IMG/VR virus record: IMGVR_UViG_3300042908_001001
Coordinates: 12,534-76,533 of that record
Strand: one strand, 5' to 3'
From: a virus
DNA length: 64,000 nucleotides
The translations under genes and the position numbers were made by a program. The notes beneath the pieces were generated by a model. The model searched no databases. It had not been told where the DNA came from and worked only from the letters and a program-made list of their open reading frames with translations. Position 1 is the first letter of the stretch, and every line of letters starts with the position of its first letter. This document shows positions 46,221 to 56,400 of the stretch, piece by piece.

Positions 46221-46943
46221 ATGGTACTTGCAGTAAATAGTAATCAGAGAGCGCGATTTGTAAAAAGTTTAGGGATTGACGAAAATAGTCTCCCTTTTGT
46301 ATTATTCCCTAAACAATCTTTAATTCAGTCGGTTAGTAACTTAGTGACTGAATCGGTCGCTGGTTTTGATATTCCCATTATTAATGATTTTACGCCTTCC
46401 GAGAAACTCCTTTTTACCGCGATTGATTTAAAAGCCCGTCCTCTCTATATTGAATATCAGGAAGTCAATGAGGATCTGGCAGAAGCATTGTCTTTGGTCG
46501 TTACCGCCGATGGTTCGCCATTAGTTCCCGATGGAATTGAACCGATTAAATTCATCACTCCTGATTCTGAATTTGTGCAATCAGAGATTTATACACAAAT
46601 CACAAAATCACAGTCTTACAAGCGATTTAAACGTGACAACCGTGAGCTATTTGACGATCAGGATCAGGTCTATACGAAACTGATTATCCTTGACCTCACA
46701 ATGGGACGTGCCAAAGTTGCTTTATTCCTTTCTACTCGGATTGATACAACTTGGTTTGATCGTGCAAACGAGTTAAGTGTTGAGCAAATTAAGGAGATTG
46801 TGCAATTTATCCAGAAGGAAGGTAACGGGGGTAAAACGGAAGATGAACCAACAGAAGAAGACGAAACTAAAGGAGAGGTAGTTACCGAAAAAAACGACTC
46901 CAACAAGAAATCGAAAGATGGTCAGATCACTACTGGGAACTAG
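46221..46943 (+). CDS. Tail assembly chaperone (gpG-like)
   Basis: Acidic protein between tail tube and TMP; slippery A AAA AAC at 46889-46895. Confidence 0.7.
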   Translation: MVLAVNSNQRARFVKSLGIDENSLPFVLFPKQSLIQSVSNLVTESVAGFDIPIINDFTPSEKLLFTAIDLKARPLYIEYQEVNEDLAEALSLVVTADGSPLVPDGIEPIKFITPDSEFVQSEIYTQITKSQSYKRFKRDNRELFDDQDQVYTKLIILDLTMGRAKVALFLSTRIDTTWFDRANELSVEQIKEIVQFIQKEGNGGKTEDEPTEEDETKGEVVTEKNDSNKKSKDGQITTGN

Positions 46944-47302
46944 CGATCGCGCTTCCTAACGATGATAGATTTGATTATAGAAATTTTGCCAATCAATCAC
47001 CTAGATTAATTAGGCAAGCACTCAATCAAATCTATCAAAAAAGGAACCTTGACCAGTATTCTACGGCTTTAGGGATTTCAACTTATGCAAACGCTAATAG
47101 AGGAGAAAATAGTCAGCCTATTGAGTTTTATCAATTCTTACCTCATCCATTAGTTTGGAGACAAAATAATACTCAGAAGAAAATAAATATTAGTAAGAAT
47201 ACAGCGATTCAATTCTTAGCTGATTACTCTAGCTTTACCTCTGAAATGTTATCCGTCTTTGATGAATGGATGGATGAGATAAGAATGACAGCAAGCGGTT
47301 AA
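46895..47302 (+). CDS. -1 frameshift extension of the tail chaperone (gpT-like)
   Basis: 135 open codons in the -1 frame (RLQQEIERWSDHYWELAIAL...FLPHP...MTASG*) with no early ATG. Confidence 0.75.
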   Translation, partial: RLQQEIERWSDHYWELAIALPNDDRFDYRNFANQSPRLIRQALNQIYQKRNLDQYSTALGISTYANANRGENSQPIEFYQFLPHPLVWRQNNTQKKINISKNTAIQFLADYSSFTSEMLSVFDEWMDEIRMTASG

Positions 47303-47334
47303 CCCTATTATTTATTTGGTAGGGTTTTCTATTG

Positions 47335-47541
47335 TTAAGACGTAATACTTACTACGCAAGCAGAATGATAGGGTTTTGCATATATGTAATGGTTCCCGCC
47401 TGTATCTGTTTTCTCTCTTAAAAGAAATACAATTTTATCAAACTCTTTCATCCTATCTTTGTCAACCGAATCAATCGTGTAAAGCTTGTTTCGGATAAAA
47501 ATTTTATATCCTTCTTTTACTTGCGACCAAGGTACAATCAT
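47335..47541 (-). CDS. Hypothetical protein
   Basis: Last gene of the helicase operon. Confidence 0.5.
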   Translation of the reverse strand: MIVPWSQVKEGYKIFIRNKLYTIDSVDKDRMKEFDKIVFLLREKTDTGGNHYIYAKPYHSACVVSITS

Positions 47542-47543
47542 AA

Positions 47544-47945
47544 TTAAATCCTCTCAATTTGGTTAGGGTACACGCTTCCTTCCGTCCCGTCTTCATATTT
47601 TATATTAATATGGGGGCGAAACGAATCCATCGTAAAATAATCCTCTTTATGAATCTTTTTTAAGCTATCATCCCACTCATGACGGGAACCTCTGTAAATA
47701 CTGACAATGCCTATTTTGCCCGTTATTTTATGCCTTACCCTATCACCATTTGAGACTAGGCTAATATCCCATAAAGGATTTTCAGGATTATGGCATATTT
47801 TATTCTTTTGGCTTTTAATTCGGTTGAACTCATTTAATTTATCTTCGGGAAGTTGAGATAAAAAATGAGATAACATACCTTGGGGAATAACATCTAATTG
47901 ATTGATGTCATTGGTTGCGATCGCACGTTCCAGTAGTTCAATCAT
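47544..47945 (-). CDS. Hypothetical protein (SH3-like GDRVRH..G..G.V)
   Basis: ATGA-coupled. Confidence 0.55.
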   Translation of the reverse strand: MIELLERAIATNDINQLDVIPQGMLSHFLSQLPEDKLNEFNRIKSQKNKICHNPENPLWDISLVSNGDRVRHKITGKIGIVSIYRGSRHEWDDSLKKIHKEDYFTMDSFRPHINIKYEDGTEGSVYPNQIERI

Positions 47946-48271
47946 TTAACTGCTCTCCTTAAAATACTTAGTCCAAAATCTGTCTTGGAAAACTCTTTTC
48001 CAATCTCTTTGGACTGTTGATTAGTTAATTTTGTTTGATGGTCAACTGTGCCAAAGAATATATCACTTCCTTTTTTCTTTCTTTGAACCATTGCGACTAA
48101 TTCAAAATCCCCAAGAATTCCACTACTGACTACTACTCCAACTAGATAAAAGTTAGGGTCTGTAATGTCTTTTTTTGCCTTATTAGCTATCTCAAAAGCC
48201 TTACTATCTTCTAATGCTTTTGTGATGTGCCATTTCTTAACAGGCTGTGTTCCGAAACCTTTAGTGGTCAT
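47942..48271 (-). CDS. Hypothetical protein
   Basis: ATGA-coupled to the helicase; starts MTTKGFG. Confidence 0.55.
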   Translation of the reverse strand: MTTKGFGTQPVKKWHITKALEDSKAFEIANKAKKDITDPNFYLVGVVVSSGILGDFELVAMVQRKKKGSDIFFGTVDHQTKLTNQQSKEIGKEFSKTDFGLSILRRAVK

Positions 48272-50184
48272 TTCTTTTTAACTCCTAGTAATGGTCTTGA
48301 TAATCCGAACTCGTAGGCAATATTTAATAAATCACCATCTACATTGCCTTGTAGTAGTTTTTTCTGGTAACTATCTTTGATTAACTTTTCCTGAGCATAT
48401 TTGTGAGTCCCTACAATTTCCCACCATTTAAAAGTTTGTAGATTGTCAATCACAACTCCCTTATACTGCCTTCCGTTGGGCATATAATAGGTTTTGTCAG
48501 GATAACCAAACTCAAGATAAAGAAAGTCCTGAATAAGGTCTTTATGAACTCCCATTAACTTAAGTTTATCAGAATAAATTTGATGGTTAATGTCTGAATT
48601 TTGGAAGTTAAAAACGGCTCCTATGAACCAGTCAGGATGTGGTAAATATCCCCAACGTTCGTAAAAGTGTTCATAGATTTTATCGAGTGGTTTGTGATTA
48701 TCGGTAAAGCGTTTATAGAGTTGATAACGTAGCCATTTATAGGCTTTTTTCTTCTCAGGGGAAAGGAACTCAGAGACAATAAATCTTACTTCATAGTCTT
48801 TTGGTTCAACCTCTTTTTTAGGGAATTCATAATGGCAATGAGGGCATACCCTAGCAAATATAGGGATTGATTTTCCGCATCCTCCATCTTTTTCAGGGCA
48901 TTCCTTTTCTAATGCCATATTCTCCTTTTCAGGAGGGCATAAAGAAACATGAGATAAGTCTAAAGGATCATCAATATCAAACTTTTTGCAGATATGTTTA
49001 AAGCATTCCCCAAAATCATAAATCGTTTTAAATGGGATACCGTCAAACTTCCTTAGAACCCGTCCTGCCATTTGGATAATGAGTTGAGGTGAACGACTCG
49101 GACGACCGATCAATTCAACCTCTAGACTGGGATCGTCATGCCCTTCTGTGAACTTTCCAACCCCTACTAAAACATCAAAATCATGATTAGAATGCTCTAA
49201 GAAAATCCTATCAGCATCTTTATCATTTTCCCCTACTAAATATTTAGCAGATACTCCATTATCTAGAAATTGCTGACACAAATCCTTTGCTTGATTGACA
49301 TTAGAAGTGAACGCGATCGCTTTCTTCCCTTTTTCGGCATTGATATAGGTTTCAACTATTTTGGCATTGTACTCAGTGTTACAAGCCTTGATGAGTGACC
49401 CCATAGTATAGTCACCTGAATCATCCGTTTCTAGATTGTCTGTGACCTCCGTTTTAATGTCTAAAATTCTGTCTTGTGCTAAATACCCTTGATTGATTAA
49501 TTCCCTTGGACTAGGGCATTTAACAACAAACTGGACGTATTTACAATACCCTTCTCTACCTTTATCGGGTTTTCCGTCAGGCAAGTATAATTTGTTGCCT
49601 TGATTGTCGGTAAAATGGACAATTGATTCACTTCTCCAAGGTGTAGCAGTTAGCCACAAAAAGAAGCATTTTGAGAGTGCCATAATGCCGCCCGAATAAA
49701 AGTTTTCAATTATTCGAGAGAATCGGAAAAAACCGCATATATGCGCTTCGTCGGTAATGACTAAGCCGATATTTGGAGGCATAGCAGACTCACCTAGCCG
49801 CCTGTGACGGGCTTCTAATGTTTGAATCATACAAAGTTGAACACTTTTGCTATGATCGTTAATTGCTACGTTTTTTAATGCTTCTATGGGCATTTTTAAG
49901 TTAGTTGCAAGCCGTTCGATAGTCATCCCTGAAGCGATGATAGAAATATCATCAACTCCAATATTTAATAATGCTTTGACGGTTTGAGCTATTAGCTTTT
50001 TGCGATGGCAACAGAACAAAACCCTACGATTTTTTTTAGTTGCATCTTGAATAATTTTTGACGCAATAGCTGTCTTGCCTGATCCCGTAGGCCCATAAAT
50101 TAATCCCTGATGAAAACCTTTCTTAAAAAAACTGTAGGCATCCGAGATGACCTGTAATTGATAATCACGATAGGCTATCGACAT
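48268..50184 (-). CDS. SF2 DEAH-box helicase (RadD-like, zinc finger)
   Basis: YRDYQ, GPTGSGKT, TDEAH, LTATP, FTEGHD.P, QMAGRVLR, CP...CG...CPHC. Confidence 0.92.
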   Translation of the reverse strand: MSIAYRDYQLQVISDAYSFFKKGFHQGLIYGPTGSGKTAIASKIIQDATKKNRRVLFCCHRKKLIAQTVKALLNIGVDDISIIASGMTIERLATNLKMPIEALKNVAINDHSKSVQLCMIQTLEARHRRLGESAMPPNIGLVITDEAHICGFFRFSRIIENFYSGGIMALSKCFFLWLTATPWRSESIVHFTDNQGNKLYLPDGKPDKGREGYCKYVQFVVKCPSPRELINQGYLAQDRILDIKTEVTDNLETDDSGDYTMGSLIKACNTEYNAKIVETYINAEKGKKAIAFTSNVNQAKDLCQQFLDNGVSAKYLVGENDKDADRIFLEHSNHDFDVLVGVGKFTEGHDDPSLEVELIGRPSRSPQLIIQMAGRVLRKFDGIPFKTIYDFGECFKHICKKFDIDDPLDLSHVSLCPPEKENMALEKECPEKDGGCGKSIPIFARVCPHCHYEFPKKEVEPKDYEVRFIVSEFLSPEKKKAYKWLRYQLYKRFTDNHKPLDKIYEHFYERWGYLPHPDWFIGAVFNFQNSDINHQIYSDKLKLMGVHKDLIQDFLYLEFGYPDKTYYMPNGRQYKGVVIDNLQTFKWWEIVGTHKYAQEKLIKDSYQKKLLQGNVDGDLLNIAYEFGLSRPLLGVKKK

Positions 50185-50438
50185 TTCCCCTCATCCGTTC
50201 AATCTTGCTGACAAGTTTATCCATATCGGACTGCATGGATGCAAGATAGAAATTGTCGTATTGCAAAGTTCCAAAACGAAACTTTATGGTCGTAAAAGTG
50301 AAAACTTGCACTATTTAGTCCTCCGTACTGGCTTGCTCTTATTATAAACACGGTCTTTTTAAAATGTCAACAAAGTTTTTAAAACATTTTTAGGTTTTGA
50401 GCGTGGTTATTATTCTGTAAGGCTTTTGAGGTTTTGTT

Positions 50439-53400
50439 ATGGCGATCGCACTAGAAGAGTTAATCCTACAATTTTCAATCGACTCGGACGGACTAGAGAA
50501 AGGTCTGGACTCAGTTTCGGCTAGGGCAAGAGCCAAGGCTAAGGAGATCGAGGGAATGGCGATCGCTCCTAAAGTCGATTTGAAGGGTTTGCACGACCTT
50601 AACAAGCTTTTGGATATAAAACAGAGGCATATAAAGGAAACGGCTGATTTTGCCAAGCGCACCCCCATTGTGATGGGTGTGGATGTTAGTCAGGTTAAGG
50701 AGGCGAGAAAGGAATTACAGGGATTAAAAGCTGATTTAGGGATGAGTGGAGGTAATCAGACGATCAGGGTTAAGGTTGAGCATGATTATAAAGTCGATAT
50801 TCGAGAGTCCAATCGGGATATTGTTAGCGCGATTAATGGGCTAAGAAACGAGTTCAAAGAAGTAGCAAAATCATCTAAAAAAACAGATACTCCAAAGCAA
50901 CAAAAAGACCCTAGTAGTGATTTAGCTAAAGAGATTAAGCAGGGCTTTAATCAAATGAAGTCTGGCAATATTTTTGAGGGAATTGGCAAAATCGCCTTAA
51001 GTCCTGCCAAAGCAATCTTTACGGGATTCTATGAAGGGATAGGTTTAACCGCGTCTTCAAAGCTTACCAAGGGTGCTATTAAAAGTATTGAAAGTGAATG
51101 GAATTTTACCCTAGATGCACTAGGTAAAGGGACTGGAAAAGCTTTTGGTAGTATCGGTAAGAACGCGGCTGATTTGTTGTTGCATTCGATGGGGACATCT
51201 ACAGAACAAATTAATGGGATGTTTGAGGATTTATCCCAAGGCTTTAATGATATTTTTGATGAAAAAGAAGCTAGAACGCGAATCCAAAATATAGGGGATA
51301 CTATTAACAAAACCCTAACAAATGCTTTTAAGAATGGCACGTTTATTAGTGACGATATTGCAGAATTAAAGTCTGCTATCAACGCCTATAAGGGATTAAG
51401 GCGGGAAAATATTGACAAAAGAAGAAAGCAGTCTGTAGATGAAACGGCTAGACAGGCAACAGAACAGTCGGGAATGTATGACGCTCCTGATTTATCTGGT
51501 AAAGAAAAAGCGGTATTATATGCTGGTGGGTTTGCAGGTAAAAACAGTAAAACTCATGAACAAAATGCGGTAATGCTTGGCAAGATTTATGGAGAAACTG
51601 CCCAAGTATTTCAGTCTGGTAATGATGCAACTAATACCGATACAAGTTCAAAAGATAATCCAGTCAAATGGATGGTTGAAGCGGCTCGGAAAATTACTAA
51701 ATTGAATCTGAGTGGTGAAGTTAATCCAGACGTTGTAAAAATGGTGGCTCAGGCATTAGCTATTAGGGAAAAGAATCCTCATATTACGATTGATTTAGTC
51801 GGACATAGTGCGGGTGGCTTTATTGCTAAAGACGCGGCGGCTATACTTGAAAGATTAGGTGTTGAGAACGTCAGGGGTGTGGGTATTGGAACTCCTGACG
51901 GGGTAATGGGAAGCATTGGACAGGGTAACTATCAAGGGATACTAGGAAAAGACGATACGGTTAAAAAGATAGTAGATAACGCGGCTGTTTTAGGGTTAAC
52001 AAATCCATCAAATGAAGCCAGTCAAAATATGAGTGGGATTGCTTCTCACTCTATGATTGATTATCTATCAAATCTTGACGTTCAAAGCTTATTAACGGGA
52101 CAAAGTGGAATTACTAAAGATGAATTATTAAAAGGATTGGGTGACGATGTAACGGGTGCGGTTGCGACTGATATCAAGAAAAATATTCATGGGGTATTAA
52201 AAGAAGTCGGAGAAGGAACCGTATTGATCGCGTCGGCTGTCATCAAAGAATCGGTTAAACAGATTCAAAATCTAGTTCCCGTTGCCAAAGAAGTGGGTGA
52301 GGGTGCGTTATCTGTTGGACAGGGGATGGGAATTGGAACTAAAAAAGTAGGGGTAATCGCATTAAGCGAAAGAAGAAAAGGCATTGCTAGTAATGAATCA
52401 GTTAGACGTGCAATGGCAATGTCTGAAAATGAAGAAGCAATTCCAAGTGATAAGCCTATTGTTTTTGCGGCGGGTGGTGTTATTGGGATGCACGGTATCG
52501 GGGGAAAATTTGTTAAAAAAGATATTGAAAAAACAATTGGAAAAGATGCCGCGACCATCGTTGATTTTGCTACACCTAATACTGATTTTATTGCAAAAGA
52601 AAAAGGCGATAGAGTAAATAGTAAAAAATTTAACGAGGCTTTAAATTCGCCAATTGGAAAATGGATTGCTTCTACTACAAATGAATTAAAAACAAGATAC
52701 AGAAAAGAAGTAGAAAGCATTTTAGGAAAGGCAATAACGGCCGAGCTTTATAGTTACACCGCAAAAGATATTTTTCGGTTAAAACTACCCACTAGTGTTT
52801 ACTTAACGGGAAGCAATGAAGATTCTGTTAAGTTAGCCGCTAAAGTAATTGCAATTAAAAAAGAAAATGAAGACGCTTTAATTACTTTAATCGGACACTG
52901 TGGTGGTGGCACGATGGTAGAAGAGGCATTAGCTATTGTCGAATCTGCTGGTTATGGTAAAAACGTTACCGCAATGGGTATCGGTTCCCCTGACTTGGGG
53001 GTAAGTGCGGGGGCTGAAAAATATAAGCGATTTGTTGGGAATGAAGACGAAGCGGCGATCCGTCTTGGGAGAATTTTTAAACAAGAGCAATCAAACATAC
53101 AAAGTCAAGGCATGATTGCTTATTTAGCTACTCATGAATCCTTAGAATACTTAAGACATCCTGAAATTATCAAAGCTCTACCAGACCCACTCAAAAAAGC
53201 ATCTGTTGGGAAAAACGTAAGTTTCCAAAAAGACTTGATGTCTAAATATATTGAAAATATTCAAAAAGACCCTGATAAATTTCACTCTAGCAAGCAATCA
53301 TTTAATATGATTGAAGAAGATTTGAAGTATGCTAGACAGTTTTTAGATGAGTTCAAGAATGAAATAGATGATGATTTTAGAAGCGCAATAAATCAAATTC

Positions 53401-56400
53401 ACGATCATGTTCAAGAGTTAATTAAAAAACATCCCTTGTCTCAAGAAAGCATGATGTCAGACCCGATTTATCAGATCATGGCGGTTAATCAAGCTATTCA
53501 TCAAGGGGCGTTGAAACAGCAAGAAATATTACTTCCGTCTGTTCAAACAATTCCTTTAAGACAAAATATTTCCGATGTAAATACCAAGGCTATTGATATT
53601 ACTGCAATAGAAATAAAAGAGGATATCGCCGCTATTGAGACAGTACAAGAACAAATAGCAAAAATAAACAAAACTATCAACGAAGAAACTAAAAAACTAT
53701 TAACGGGTGGGACTCCCACAAACCCAGATTTTAATGTTAAAGAACTATCTAAACTGGGGACATCTTTATTAATTCCCAAGGAAGATGGGGTGGGTTTTTA
53801 CGGGGCTACAGACCTTCGGAAAATGAAACGTGAGGGAATGATTGATTTTATTTCCCAAAATATTCAGCCAGATGCCCTCAAAGAAATTATTGCTAACAGA
53901 GGAAAGCCCCTTCGTAAATTTGACAATGCAGACATTGCAAAATACAAAGAAGCGTTAGATACAAGATTGCGAGAAATGATTAAAAACGCGCAATCTTTTG
54001 AAGACATTGAAAATATTCAATCGACGGCATTAACACTCATTAGTAGCATTCAACAAACAAAAGTATTAGCCAATGTCAATCCTAATCAAATTAGGCAATT
54101 ATCGGGCTACGAATCCCAATTTAAAAAGCTAACTAATCTTGAAGGAATTAAGTTTGAAGCAAAAGGGATGGGTGTTGAATTACCTGAAACAATCTCAAAA
54201 CATTGGGATAAAACGATTGATCATATTTCTGGCAAGATGGAAGACTTGGAAGAAAAATCGGCTGAAGTTGGTTATGACGTTCAACACGAATTAGCGGAAG
54301 GCTCCCCTGGTCTTACTCAACGGATTAGAGACTACTGGGATAAAACAGTTAAGCATATTCAAGGAAAAATAGGAGAATTAAATAACAGTGACACGAGCAA
54401 CTTAGAGCCTAAATCTGGACTATTTGAAAACCTAAGAACACAATTCCCCATTGTCGATCAAGGCATCGAAAAGCTAAGAACCTTAAAATCTACTATCGTC
54501 ACATTAGGCGCGGCTGGTTTAGGAATTATCGGACTTGTCTTAATCGGAAAACAACTTTCTAATATTGCGATTGAATCCGTCAAAGTTTACCGTAATTTTG
54601 AATCTATTTTTATCGCCTCTAAGATGATCAAGAATGGTGATCAATTTTTAGGAGATGTCAGAAAACAGGTTAAAGCTTTGGGTGGTGATCTTGAATCTAC
54701 GATGCGTCAAGGTCAACAGTTTGTAACTGGTTTGCAGGGTACAAATTTAGAGCGTAATGCGTCCTCAATGTTCTTAGATAGCAGTAAAGCCTTAAAATCT
54801 TTAGGGCTACAAAATCAGCAATACGACGCGGCTATACTCGCATTAAAGCAAACCGCTTCAAAAGGTCGCGTGTCCCTCGAAGAAGTTTCGGGTCAGTTAG
54901 GGGAGTCCGTACCAGGAGCATTAAATATCGCGGCACAAGCAATGCAAACTAACGTTCAAGGTTTTATTCAGATGGTAGAATCTGGAAACCTTTTAAGTGA
55001 AGAATTCTTGCCTAAATTCATTGCTAAATTAAAATCACAAACCGCGTTTTTAGAACCTGAAATCAAGAAATCGTTAAATGCTTCATTGGGACGGTTAGGG
55101 GCATCTCAAACTGAATTACAGGTTGGCATTGGAGCCGCTATTTCACCCGCTATCATTCCCACTATTGACTTAATCAGCAAAGGATTAAACCTGATTAACG
55201 ACAATATGGATAAAGCGGTTATCACTGCTCAAATTTTAGCCGTTGCCCTTGCCATGCCCGCCGCCAATCAAGGTATTTTATTAATTGGGAAAGCTTGGCA
55301 ATTTGTAACAGCTAATATGATAGTCGCTAAGACGGCGGCTGACGCTGTAAACCAATCTTTAATGATAGGCAAAACCCTTTTAACGGGAGGAGCATACATC
55401 GGAGCGGCTATGGCAATAACTTCCGTCATCCAAGGGGCAATGTACTTGATGGAAGGCGGTTCTAAGAATATTAAAGACTTGAATGATGTGATTGACAGTT
55501 CAAGCAATGCTATGGCTGACAATTACGCTAGAGCCTATGGTTTTGCCGAAAAATTAGAAGATAAGGCGAGAGGTACTGGCAATTTCTTGTTAGATGGAAT
55601 TGATGGATTAATTAAGGGAATGAATGAGTTTAATCAAAAATTTACTCCCTTTTTACCTAATCTCAAGACTTACGCTGATCGCAGAAAAGAACAGGATAAC
55701 GACAATCTTGATATGGCAGTTGTCAAGATTGAATCTAACTCGTTCTACTCCCAAAACTTAGGTAACTCCGAAAAGGTCAGACAATATTTAATTAATTCTA
55801 AAAAGTCAGAAGATGTAAGAAAAACATTAGTCGGGCAGATTAGTGTTGCCAGAATGACCGACCCTGTAGGCAACGAAAAACTGATTAATAGTTTACAGGA
55901 TCAACTTTACGGATTAAACGGTTTGGTCCAGAAAAAAGAAGAATTAGATAACCGATTTGTTACGGGTGGCGCGTCTGGTATAGAGCAATCAATTAAGAAT
56001 ATTGAAAGTGCTATTCAAGAGGCAAAAGACTTAGGACGTGGTGATTTACTTCCCAGATTAAATCAAGAGTTGATAACCCAAAAATCAAACCTTGAAAAAA
56101 TCAAAGATATTAATCAGCAAGTGACAAGTGGGTTGAACGATCAACGGTTGGCTTATATTGAATTAAATGCACAGATAGCAAGGGGTGAACAGTTACTACA
56201 ATCCCGAATTGTGAGACGGGAAACCGCTATTTTAGCAAGACAGGCTAGAGGTGAAATTGGGTCTAATGTTGCATCAAATGAATTAGCTAAAGCTGATTTT
56301 GCTTCTCAGAATGAAACTTTAAACCGATTAATTAATAGCCAAAAGTCAACGCTTAATTACCTAAGAACTCGCCTTGATGTTGGCACAACTACCACGATTG

